A stretch of DNA of 64,000 nucleotides from Phoronis australis (lineage: Eukaryota > Animalia > Phoronida): assembly GCA_002633005.1 (NCBI GenBank), contig NMRA01000378.1, positions 137,525 through 201,524 on the forward strand, given 5' to 3'. Numbering within the stretch: the first letter of the stretch is position 1; every line of letters starts with the position of its first letter. The notes under the pieces are model-generated. The model saw only the letters and a list, made by a program, of their open reading frames with translations. It made no database searches and was not told where the DNA came from. The position numbers and the translations under genes are program-made. Shown here one piece after another: positions 13,139-25,109 of this stretch.

Positions 13139-13164
13139 TCAGCATCTGATCATTTTCAGAAACT
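13139..13164 (-). CDS. Calmodulin-like gene A, last coding exon ((E)FLKMIRC*)
   Basis: Strong acceptor ttcattttttcag|AG TTT CTG AAA ATG ATC AGA TGC TGA. Phase 1 fits the preceding exon and aligns to the calmodulin C-terminus EFVxMMTAK. Confidence 0.85.
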
Positions 13165-14969
13165 CTGAAAAAAATGAACAGCAAATAAAATGAAATTTCT
13201 TTGCAAACAAAAAAGGCTTAACACCAGTCTCACAGTTAATGGCAATTTGCTATTGGGCCGTCCTGGAATACAGGACGTTATAACTTTCTTTTGTCCCGGA
13301 GATAAGATTGCGCGTCACCTGGTTTTGGAAGTCAGGTACACTTTCGCAGATCATATCGGAAACCGGCGAGGAGCCGTGGAAATATTCACGATTTCAGCCG
13401 TACAAAACGACTGGAAATGAACCGGTATCTCCAAGAAAGGGAATTCTGTTCGGTTCAAAAGTAACGCGACGAACTTATTTTACCCACTTGCTTCGCATTT
13501 TTTTGTCTCTAATCGATTTCGGGAAGGAGAAGAAAGTCACATCACGCATCGACAGGTATTTGTCCAGATATCAAACATCACGTCAGAGTTGCAGGCCACA
13601 GCTTAGCTGTAAAATTTTGTTGGCATTGGAAAGACGAATGGAATAACGCTGCCGAGAAAACTTGGAAAGAATCAGAAAACAACAATATTGTGTGGAACAC
13701 CAATGGCGCGAAAACGAGGCAGCAAATGTGCCTGACCGATGTTTGCGGCATTGTGGGTAACTACAGTGAGGTTCGAGTGTCGTAGTGTCATGAAAAGAAT
13801 CGTACGTTGACACCCTAACCGGTCGAGATTAGGCAACTCGACCAGTTTGCGCACTGCAGAATTTGCCGGTTCATATCAAAGATACCGTGCTGTTGTCGTT
13901 AGTTAAATCGACTCAGACTGCTGATGTTATGGTTCTCTAGATAATGAGACCATTAAACACATTAGGGGCGACAATAGTATTTTTAAAATTTCGTTTCGAT
14001 TATTTGTAAATAGCATACTGGGGTAGTTCGTGAAAAGGACACGCCTGATTAGGCTTTTGAGTTTTGAAAATTGGACAGGAAATATCACTTTTTCAACCTA
14101 AAACGTTTTCTTCATGTTGCAATAATATGTTGTTCCACATTGATTCTGGGTTTGCAACATAATTAGGCCAATTACCAAAAGACCAGGCAGAATTGGGTTT
14201 TGAAGTAAGCGAAATGGCATCGTACAACTATTAGCATGAATCCTGGACGGCCCTATTGCATACGTAGAAAACAGTAAACTAGCCCGACGAGTTCATGCAA
14301 CTTTGAATTGTAACTGCGCAGGCTGAGAGCTTATTTCGAATAAGAAACAGTGTGCCCGCTCGATTCGCAGTGCCCGTAGTCAAGAGATCCTCTCACTGGC
14401 GGCCGAGGGCCGTTCAGGGAAGCGCGTGAATAGGCAGCTGGGGACCGTCTTGCGAGGTAACGTTGGAGGTGAAAGGGGGGGGGGGTGGGCAGACTAGCTG
14501 ACCACAACTGTTCACCTAGTACACGGTGCCATGGCTAACGTGCTTGTGCATTTTGCAGATATTTTCCGGGGAAATATTGAGTTATCACACGAACGCAAAC
14601 ATTCAGGAATTAGTAATTATTGTGATCAGTCGAAAAAAATTTGGGGGAATTTTTACAAACTGAACTTAACAGGCCTATTAGATTTAACGAAAACGTCTTT
14701 TCTGAACTAGGTTGTATAAACTTCTGTTTTCACCTTATTGCCACGATCTTGTTGGACACTTCTTAAAACGTCAGCTACCATCCGTTGCAAATCAAAATAA
14801 GCCGGCATAATCAACAGGTGAGGTTGATTATTTTGAATCCAAAACAAGCAATGGCACGGAAACAGTGACTGCAATGACTTCATGGTTCTTCTATCTTTTC
14901 CTTAATATCATGATGAAAACATACAAGATTACCATGCTATTTCAGAGTGCCGTTGTTCTGATTACCAAC

Positions 14970-15212
14970 CTTCGTATGTTACTCGACCATCTCCGTTATG
15001 ATCCGCCACATGCAACATTTCTTCGACTTCCTCTTCACTCAGTTTTTCGCCAAAATTCATCATGACGTGTTTCAGTTCGTGAGCCGTTATGTAGCCGCTA
15101 TCGTTAGCGTCAAAGACGCGGAATGCTTCCTTTATCTCAACCTCAGCGTCCAAGTCTTTCATCTTTTTTGTCATCATGTGCAGGAATTCAGTGAAGTCTA
15201 TTTCACCATTAC
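14970..15212 (-). CDS. Calmodulin-like gene A, 243-bp exon (end of EF2, linker, EF3, EF4)
   Basis: [81 protein letters not shown]. Boundaries cacag| and |gttggt. Confidence 0.95.
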
Positions 15213-15914
15213 CTGTGGAGCACAATACATTAAGTAATCATTATGGTAGCCGCACGCGATACAACATCAGTCGCGCATACTTGATGCGACGCAGTTGTCG
15301 CATCGCGCGTCTCCCGCTGCGACAGATTCCTCCCGTGGTGGAGGATTTTTGTCACCTGTAGGCAATATCTGTGCAAGTCAAGTTGATTATTGCTTGTTTG
15401 ATTTTGATTTTTCTATTGCGTAAGCAACATCTGCCCGAACAGTAAGTGACGACATACATGTAGGCCAGGAGTACTTGATTAAATATTTGGCTGCAACTGG
15501 AATATCAGGATACCCACGCGTTTAGAGAGTGGAAGTAACTTCCATAAAAAGTTACACTCTTGTAGGCGTTTATTCCAGGAACCATGCAGCTACTTATTTG
15601 TATGAGTAAGTTCCATAAACTTGATCCTCTCGTAAGGGTTATCAAACAACGGATTCCCATGTATTTCACTCGTGGAACGTAGTGAATAATTTTGCTAATC
15701 GGAGATCGCCTCGCACAATACGCGCCTAGACGTACAGCATGCACACGTATTTTGTTTGAAACTGATTTTTAAACAATTAGTTTGTTTTTCAGGAGAAAAA
15801 ATTGACATTTTCACTGGTTTTACTAAGAAAGCTTTAAATCAATGAAGTATTTTTTTCCACTGTCTTCCAATTCAAGTTAATTTTGATCGTCTTTTGCGAA
15901 TATGAAAACATTAA

Positions 15915-18721
15915 AGGAGCATGCCACCCAAAAAACAACTTTTATCAATTTAGATTGAGTAGTTCTACTCCATAACACAGGCGCTTTGGTTTATCGCAAA
16001 TGACGTCACTCAATAAAATATATAATAAGAAAACATAAAGGTTGGACACTCGAAATCTGTTTGCTCAGAATTTTCTACTCAAATGTGCATGGAACTCCAC
16101 GAAACTAGCATCGGACAACTCTTAGAATACATGTACCTTCTTTCATTTGATCTCTTCAAATTGCCTTCGAGTGGTGATTTTGGCCACAAAAATGCCAAAA
16201 GAATGCCAAAATCACAAATTCAAGGACCTGATTCCGTGATATCATGGCAGACGGTCTTCGCACATCCGGGTTTTGACCGACGCTCCCGAGCTAAATCCGA
16301 AAGTCTAATTTCGCGCGGCTTTCGCCGTCAATCCATCGACTACTTGATCATGAGAAGCAGAGGGCACTTTATTGCCAAATAAATGTAATTACTCAAATAT
16401 TTGTGTTAAATATAAATTATCCTGATACAGTATTGATATGCGAAGTTTTTTGTGTACTGTGATTTTTTATGAAGGTTTTATTTTTGGCCAAAACCATTGA
16501 GTTAACTCGTCGGCCACGCGCATTGTAATACTTGCACGGGCTGCGTTTTCTGGCCGAGTGTGTGTTGTGCTTCAATCAAAAAAGTGCGTGATGTCAAGAT
16601 GAGAAACAAGATACGCCAGTTTATGCAATAAAATTCTAAGTTAAGGGCTAAAATGAGCCGTCAGTGGAATAAAGTTACAAATAATCATTAAAATACTATC
16701 TTTAACATTATCAATTAGTTGAGTTTTGGATTAGAGTTATTGAATTTGAAATATAGGTTGCTTGCTCAAACTTGAAGTTTCACCTACGTCAGGCGTACAA
16801 GTTGAAGCACAACAGAAATCCGCCATGTTTACTATTTCAGGTCCTTGAATTAAGAGTTTTGAGATTGTTTTGGAAATTCCATCGCCAATTCACCACTCAC
16901 GAATACAGTTAATGGGATCTAGGAAAGATAAGGCTCCGAAGGTTTATGCAACACCAGACTGAGGGAGGTGCACGCAGATTTTATTTGGATTTTGGACGGT
17001 TGAAGTTGGGAGCCTCGGCTTTGCAAAGTTTAAGTGTCCAACCTTTATGTTTTCTTATATATATATTGTGACGTCATTTGCGATAAACCCAAGCGCCTGT
17101 GCTCCATAACGACACGACGTACGGTTGCGTTAACTGACACCTGACGGCAGACGGAGGTGTTGAAATTATTCAATAACGTCATCGGTTTCACACGCAGTCT
17201 GTTCAGCAGTTCACAACACGTGTTACTGGTGTCAGCTTATCGCTTGAAGTCATCTTTTAACACCAATAAATCATCAAACTTCGATGTAAAATCCTTAAAA
17301 ATACACCGAGTTCTTATAAAAACGTGTTGTTTTATTTCGCTCTTATGGATTTATTGGTATTTGGACACACCGTAGCCTACAAAGTTTGGCAGGCCAATGA
17401 GGTCCGTAGCAGGAGTTTGGGGTCTGTTCGGAGATAATTTCGAAGTACTTTCCGTGAGATACAGACAGGAGAACCTAGATCTGTGTTGTTTAGACTTGTG
17501 ATTTTTTGAGTTCTAAACACAAAACGCTTGTTATCCTGGTCAGTGGCTCGGAGCCCGATCAGACCTGTCGCAGCCGGCCGCAGATTGACTTATCCCGGCC
17601 AGTGGCTCGGAAACTGATCAGACATCACGGATATAAACCAGCCAAAGTTCAGTGGACACTTCCAGTCAAGAAAATACTATACTAGTGAGCCAATGTAATG
17701 TGCACGTGATTATGTTGGCGAATTAGCCACGAACCTGCAAATCTACTTACTGGTCAGCCTGAGGGCCCGCAAATTCACTGAGGTTAACGTTCCGCTTTGG
17801 CCACAGCACCGTCAGGGCAGAAGTTGTACATTGACAATCATTATTTGATTAATGTAAATTTAAATAAAGATACCCCTAACACCTGGCCCTAGGATGGAAA
17901 TCGAGTTGTTTCACAACAGATTCTGCCAGCAAACACAAAATTAGCATGATCTCACGCGGCCTCGGTGTCCCGTCAATCATGCACCTAAAGCCCGGGTAAC
18001 GACGGTGGCTTCTCAAATCATTTGCACTCACGAACATTCCAAAGGCATTACAAATTGCATCTAATGAGACAGGCTTTGTTTTAGTTTTATATAAGTATTG
18101 GTTAGGGTGAGAAAAATTCATTTTGAAACAGAACGCTCAGTAATAAACGCCAACATGGCAACTCGCAATCCCAACTTAGGACGAGCTAGAGCTCATCAGT
18201 CCCGACTTCGCAGGTGGATCGTTAAGTACAGGCTATCAATTCGAACAGGAATACAGTGATGAAGAAATGCTAAAGAGGCGCCGTGAACAAGCTCAGACAA
18301 CGGAACGCATGGAGTTATTTGGTAAGCCGGCATTCGTCAGGCATTGTCGACGTCTGCAGGCCACAGACACTGAGATGTTTCACGGCCTCGTACTTGCTGT
18401 TTACAGCGTACATATCATTCTTCACTACCATAAGCCATTTAATCCTAAGCATTTCGGACTCTCGAGGAAGTAAAAAACGATATACCCGCTTTCCTCGCAA
18501 CTGCTTAGTTCGGACAAGCGGGAACATGATGCCGGATGCGCCGCAACATAGCGGCATTCACTATGCATATGAACCACTGACGTCGCTAGCGTCGTTTCTC
18601 ACCTTCTTCACAGGTTAACGCGACACCTCTTGGCAAGGTAAGGTCGACCGTATGCGAGGCGATGTGGATATAGACCGATTAAGACGGCAAAAAGACTAAT
18701 TAAATCGGGTGGCATTCTCCT
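15915..18721. mobile_element. Non-autonomous Kolobok-type DNA transposon, copy 2, in an intron of gene A
   Basis: TTAA|AGGAGCATGCCACCC ... GGGTGGCATTCTCCT|TTAA. Colinear with 6764-8917 apart from the nested insertion and the internal duplication of copy 1. Confidence 0.87.
15976..17101. mobile_element. Nested TIR element with 8-bp TSD (P- or hAT-like, non-autonomous)
   Basis: CTCCATAA|CACAGGCGCTT.GGTTTATCGCAAATGACGTCAC ... GTGACGTCATTTGCGATAAACCCAAGCGCCTGTG|CTCCATAA. The inverted repeat extends ~75 bp. The empty site is visible in Kolobok copy 1 near 6820. Confidence 0.9.
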
Positions 18722-19079
18722 TTAAACCTGCAACAGTTAGCCACTGAAGTGTACTATTACAGTACATGTAGCTGTTATTCCTACTATCAGGAAGAGATAA
18801 CCACCTGGTTATCTCTTATCTCTTCCTGCTACTATTTACATAAGTTACAAGTGAGCCTTATCTAGAATGTGATCTTTCTACATGATGTAGGAAATACTCT
18901 GTCAAATCAAGTGTCGTAAAATATTTGGCATGAACAAACGGTGCGGGTTTGTCGAAGGCAATGCGTGTGCATGTATCCGCACGCCAAGGTATTCTCTTGT
19001 GCAAAGGATACCATGTAACTGCACATAGGAGCGAAACTTGGCCGCATGCACCGATTGTATAAGAAAACAATTGAGTTAA

Positions 19080-19568
19080 AGAGGCATAGAACGCAAAAAC
19101 TCGTAAAGAATACCTACATGTATTAAACAGATCGTTGCAAATCTACTTCTTGGGGATGTGAACGTGAGAGTTATTCGATTCAAGAAGCTCTAGAACTAAA
19201 AAAAATTACCACATTCACTATTTTGAAGCACAGACGAAATAAAAACTCTTTCAACCCAATACACTATTAACATTTTCCGCTCCAAACAATATTTATAATG
19301 CGCCCCTGCGCTCAAAGAAGTCAGACTGGCTGCTGCCTGAAATCGCCATTGTTTGGTTTACATCAAAAGTCAAAGGTCACATTTCCACTGGTGCTTTGCA
19401 GTGTGGGAGAAAAATCGACTAAGTGACGAGAAGTTGTCCGATCGTTTTATAAAATTTGAAACTATCATGGAAAAATACTTCGACACCAACAGAAATTCAA
19501 ATATTTACGAACAAATCGTAAAAAGTCGTGGTGAGCAGCTTGACAGGTTTCAGTGGCAGAGAATGACT
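19080..19568. mobile_element. ~490-bp Kolobok-type MITE, second copy at 51313-51797
   Basis: Both copies start TTAA|AGAGGCAT and share GTCAAAGGTCAC, GATCGTTTT, CAACAGAAATT and TTACGAACAAA blocks plus a GTTTCAGTG.CAGA end. Confidence 0.7.
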
Positions 19569-20130
19569 TTGAATTTAGTCGGTAAACCACCATGCAAGTG
19601 AACCCTTAAGCAGGTCTGGAAGTCCGCGCAGTGAAAGTAACAGAATTAAGTCATACATATCACACTCGAATTGCAAATCAAATATGAACCTGCGCACGTC
19701 GAAATATCAATTGTGTGAACACATTTATCTGCAGAAATATTACGTGGAATGTAACAGCTTGCAGATCAATCTTTTCAAAAGACTTTATTCGCTGTCGAAT
19801 TCGACTTTTTACGTTTCGCTTGTCACTCCGCCATCTTATTTTTTAACTAACGGTGTGCTCGTGACTAACTAAATCATTCAGTTGGCTCATTATTTGGCAT
19901 TGGGGTCACTTCGAAAGAACTTATAAATTCACTCGAAGTGTCGACTTTTTACTTTTCGCTTGTCTCTCCTCCATATGCATTTGATACCGGTGAACTCATG
20001 GACCAAGACACTAAAAAGAATTTTCCTTTTGTCTGTTTTCATGTTCTATGCCAATTTAACAGTTTTCGCACGTTTTCGAATATAAGCGCTTGGGTCCAAA
20101 TGCACCTACGGTAAGGGGTTCGCCACTTAC

Positions 20131-20274
20131 CATCTTCGTCAACCTCGTTTATCATATCGTAGAGTTCTTTTTCAGTCGGGTTCTGTCCCAGTGATTTGAG
20201 CACCGATCCCAGTTCTTTCACGGTAATTGTTCCACTTTTGTCAGTGTCGAACAAATGGAAAGCCTCCTGAAATT
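20131..20274 (-). CDS. Calmodulin-like gene A, 144-bp exon (EF1 to start of EF2)
   Basis: (E)[47 protein letters not shown], donor |gtaagt. Same size and phases as calmodulin exon 3. The acceptor catcag has a weak pyrimidine tract, and an in-frame alternative acceptor exists at 20406. Confidence 0.92.
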
Positions 20275-20919
20275 CTGATGTATCCTTACTCTTAAAATGT
20301 ATTTGCTTAGACGATTTTGTTTTGGCAATAGTTGTCAGTTCAATGCCCAACTTTCCCCAGTCTCCGTGTAGTGACTGCTCTGTTGTTCCGGATTTCATTT
20401 TACAAACTGTAGGCCACGTGGAATCTTCAGAGACTGGATAAAGTCATGGTTTGAGCATTCAAATATTAATATCGTAAGGTCGTTAAACTAACTACGTCTA
20501 ATACAACAGCGAGGCTGAGTGTTGAAATGAGCCCACGAATGCACTGCAAACGGTATGCTTCTAGGGTGTTATTTAACTATTTTCAGGAGATTTTACAAGT
20601 TCAATGAAAAGTTACCCTTGTTTTCATCTGTGTTATCTCTTTTCAAGTAATAAATCGTCACATTTAAAACTGTTCCTTTTACTAGAGAAAACTTGCAGCC
20701 TAACGCGCAAGTACAATCATATAGGATGTGATCCGCCTCGTGAACAGTCTGAGTGAAGTATTTAAAAAATCTGCAGAAAAAAATGAAAGAAACTTTGGGA
20801 TTCGAAGCACATGGGATAAATACAAAACGTACCTCGATTGGCGTACATGAAATAATATCCCACTCGACCCCGACCTTCGGTTTCGGCCGATACGCGTAGT
20901 AATGTCTCGTGGGATATTA

Positions 20920-21655
20920 CCTCATGGATGCCACTCTCGGTACGTTTTGTGTATGTACCATAAAAATGGCCACTAGGGGGCAGTGCTAGTCGGACTCGTC
21001 TGAAAGACATCGTCTTCCGTTGCTAACTTCATATAAACACATTTGCTACATTTAATAAAGATCCTGTAGAGGGTTTAGGAGATACAGCCATGAGCGCAAA
21101 AACAAACAAAACTGCCACTAAGAGGCGCCACAGTAGTCGAAGTCGTCGGAAAATCATTGACAACCGTCCTCTTCATAGTAAGAACATACATGTACATGCC
21201 AATTTTCGCAATCGTCTTTAGAGTGGTTTAGTTGACCGAGGGTTGGACGCCAAAAAACGAACTCGAAAATAGTAAAAATGACCACTAGGTGGCGCAAAAT
21301 TCCTTGAATCCATTCAAAACGGGAGGATAACGTCACCTCATATTTGATGCCTATTTGCCAAATTTCATGAAAATCGGTTGAGGATCTTTGAAGATACAGA
21401 GGCAAACGTAAAAAGTAAAATTGCTACTAGGGGGCACAGAGACATTCGGGTCGGTCCGAATTCCGAAACTCTTCGCCTTCTGTCGTCAACCCCATAGAAA
21501 CAAACCTGTTAAATTTCAATAACATCCTGCAAGGGATTTAGGAGATACAGCCGCTGACGCCGTACTGCGGACGCCCGGACGCCAGGACGCCCGGACGCCC
21601 AGACAGAGATGACGGCAATATGCACTCACATATAAATATGCGGACGCATTAAAAT
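20920..21655 (+). mobile_element. Helentron-associated/DINE-1 (pearl-like) non-autonomous element with ~150-bp tandem cores; left boundary approximate
   Basis: Four related cores (CCACTAG(G/A)..GGC.., GGAGATACAGCC, AAATTTCA), a (GGACGCCC)n microsatellite at 21569-21606, then an imperfect 3' hairpin and AAAA. Confidence 0.65.
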
Positions 21656-23144
21656 GAGCAATTCCATGCAGTTGATGCTAAGTCTATATTGTTACCAAGA
21701 ATCTCATTTCTTAACTATATATTTTAATACATCCAATTATCGTGAACCTACAAATATTTGTTTATTAAATTGTTTACAATTACAGAAACTTATTATCAAG
21801 GGCACTTATACTTCCCTGCACGCGAGCAGCTGGGAAATGCCGAGCACAAAATTCGTCTTGCGCACGCTTTTTCACTATTGCGACCGCATGTTCTCGCCTC
21901 ACATTACTTTGGCCGCTTTTAATACGTTTACTGATATATTATAAAGAAAGATATAATAAAAGAAAGGCAAAAGTAATACATTCACATTGTCACCACACGC
22001 ACACAAGCACGCATACCTGCACACATAAATGTGGATGTTGCCACGTATTCATCTAAACTACCATTTTTGAACAAATCTATATTTCCACATTAGCAAAATC
22101 ATGATTTTTGATTCACTTTGTGCACAGCAGAAGATACACACATCAGAGTCCTACTACTAAAACAGATGCGCTTATTTTACGGCCGAAAAACGCATTTTGG
22201 GATCATTGTTGGAAGGTAAAGATTACTTTGATCAGAGCAATACATAACAAAATGCATTGACTGTCAGTGATTGTATTACAAATCACCTTTGTCTATCCGC
22301 CACTTGCTGTAAACAAAGCCGGTATTCTTACCAGTTAAATAAGCCTAAAATACTCAGCTGTTCATCGATTGGATTTCTCCCCGCCATTGGGGGCCCGACA
22401 ACTAAGTAGGGATTGCTATTTCGATTCCGCTTTGAGGATGATCTCAGAAACCACCATTTTACCCATAATATTCTTTTATGATATTAAGAAAACTATGTTA
22501 CAAGAATCCTGTATTATAGTTTTGACTGAACTGTGTTTAATAAAACATTCAAATCTAAACCAGGTTTGAACAAAAGGGAACATTGTTGTTTTATGATTCG
22601 TTTTAGAAGAAGTAATTTCACAACTAGTGTAAGACGAAAACGAAAAAAAATGAATCAACAGAACATAGTTGAGAGTACTATTAAGGATATAATGAAAATG
22701 ATACTTCAAATCATTTGGACTCGATCAGCAATGATTGATGCCCGTTGTCCTCATAGTTCCGTGGTCCAGTGAACACTAATATTTATTAAAGTATCGATAA
22801 TTTATGCTATGATCTTTGATGAACTGGATGGCATCCACAGTAAGAACGGAAAGCACGATGTTCAAATAACTCAGTGAAAAACGATACAGAAACGGAACTA
22901 GTCAAGCAGCTCGACCGTCGAATTTGTCCGTGATCAAGTAAGTGGTACCGGGGGCAGTTTAGAATGTACGCGAGTAGGGTTGGTTAGACCGCGAGCAAAG
23001 AAATATATTTGCGAGACGAGAATAGTGTTTCAGGAGGGGAATGATGCGTCCGTGAGAGGAATAGCGTGCGCAAGAATGTGATGCAAACGAGTGGGCAACT
23101 TATTGTAAGATGGCAGCATGTTGTGTTTAAAAAACAGTTGTTAC

Positions 23145-23175
23145 CTTTAATCTGTTGGTCATCTAACTGTTGGCA
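23145..23175 (-). CDS. Calmodulin-like gene A, 31-bp exon 2 (CQQLDDQQIK)
   Basis: tttgtttgtatttcag|TGC CAA CAG TTA GAT GAC CAA CAG ATT AAA G|gtaac. Same 31-bp, phase 0/1 structure as calmodulin exon 2 (ADQLTEEQIA). Confidence 0.88.
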
Positions 23176-24401
23176 CTGAAATACAAACAAAGAAAGTACA
23201 TTATTTTTTAATTAGAGGGAGTACTTTTGAAAAAAAATCCGTGTTTTCATTCCTTGCGGTCGTAGGAACTTTAAGTTCCGTTAAATCCCGATAACCCATC
23301 GTCTCCCTCTGACACTTAAGCGTATAACAAGTTCTTGTTATTGAGTTGCGCATTGACGTTTGTCCATACGCATTCACCGACTATACGCACTTCATATCAC
23401 GTGCTATCGGTAACATATACTCATCTTCCTTTAAGTTACCACGTAATCTATACAAGCTTGCACAACACAAACCACATTGTGGAATAAAATGAACTTTGTA
23501 GGCGTTAAGGCTCCATGGAGGCTCCTTGGTGTCCTTGCAACCATCCCTGTAACGCATTCAACGTTCATTTTATGCAAAACGAGTCTTACAATTTTCATTT
23601 TTATGCACTTAAAAAGTCACTGGTGTCTTTTACACTCTCCGATTGGCTAATAGTAATTAGGTGTGCTTAAACTGAAATCACGTTTGATCTCAAGATTACA
23701 TTGTACGTACACTTCCAGTTTTATGGTGACTAAACCAATCTTAAAAATAAGAAAATTAAGCATTTAGAAGGGGTTGAGTTTTCAAACGTGAATTAGGTCA
23801 ATAGCAACCTGCATACCAAATTTCTGTAACGATAATTCGCACAAACTCGATTGCTTGCTTTATCTTGAGGTACATGTAGCACGAGAGAACTTGGAATTCC
23901 ATGTTTATTCTTCTAAGTTCACATACGAAAACCGACAAAGAAGGCAACCTCATGAACATTTTGCCAGTTTCGGAACCGTTAGTTTTGTCCAACTGTTGAT
24001 AAATGTATAATAGGCTTATGGGATATACATAGCGTTTTCACATCAGCGCGGGCGCTTGAGAATAAGTGCACACAAATATTTTTAGTGCATGTACGCTGTA
24101 GCCTCGCGCTTGGGTGACAAACAGGTCAAACTTCACTAAGTGCCCAGAGCTTTGAAAATTGAATGTCGAGAAAATGTTCAGTTCTTCGTCTGGAATTCTA
24201 GGTACATGTAAGAATGATACGATTCGTTAAAAGTTATTTTCCCTTGATACCAGTGCGCTTCAAGCATCAGCCAATGAATCTAAAGTGGCCACGGCCAGAC
24301 AACTCGAAAACTGAGCCGATCAAGGATGAAAAGCAGCAATATTGTCTTCAGTGGTAGGGTTTAAAAATATTCCTAAGTTTTGATCGGTATTCACTAAAAG
24401 T

Positions 24402-25109
24402 GGGAACCGTTTTATGGAACTGTCTTGGACTGAACTTTGACCACCGAATTGGGGCTAACTTAAGACTAATACTGTCTAAGACCCGCTTCATGAAATTGCT
24501 AAAGACCTAAATTGAGTCCGAAATCGGTCTGAGTTGAGACCGAAAGTTACCTTACTCCTGCGTAGGCTTGCGAACGGTCATCTGGTCTTAATGGTCAAAA
24601 TTCACGACTGCTACGACTGCTACGACTTTAAACTGTTGAAAGACAAGTTTCTTTAATATTTTCTCGGTAGTTTACAATCTAATAACCTCAAACAAATTAA
24701 GGATAGTCTGCTTTGAATACTAGAACCGGCAAAGCACCGTACGGTCGCACAGACAATGCAATGCGACCTACCTGCACATATGAACTGATATTTCCAGCCA
24801 TACCAGGGTCTTCCCAAGTAAACAAACGAGATCCCACTTGCATCCGAAATGTTGTAAATAAATCCCCAATTACAGTTGTGGTGTTACAAGATCAATATTA
24901 TACTTGAAACCGGATTTCGCACACCGCCTTTCGTAGTTCTGGGAATTTGCTACAGCGTCGTTACGGAAGTAGGCTCAGATGTAGCAAAACCCGACTAATT
25001 TCGGTCTAAATTAAGACCAAAGACAGTAAAACGACTCTGTGTTCATAAAATGGAGTTTCCCAAATTTTTGTCTTCGATCTTAACCTAGCCCAAAATTTCG
25101 GTCTAAACC
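24402..25109. mobile_element. Degenerate PIF/Harbinger-like MITE
   Basis: GGGAACCGTTTTATGGAAC start, with repeated inverted subterminal blocks (AGACC/GGTCT, TTCATGAAA/TTCATAAAA) at both ends. Confidence 0.5.

Noticed and set aside
13249-14259. Imperfect inverted repeat around GGGCCGTCC.GGA about 1 kb apart as TE termini
   Set aside because: Short, several mismatches and no TSD seen; it cannot be supported.
14962-15225. ORF-track entries 14962-15225, 20039-20398, 47598-47999 and 49319-49525 as stand-alone small EF-hand proteins
   Set aside because: They are exons with read-through into introns; splice sites and phases join them into two genes.
15976-15990. CACAG terminus as an RSS-like Transib/RAG transposon end
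   Set aside because: The TSD is 8 bp rather than 5 bp, and no heptamer-spacer-nonamer arrangement is visible.
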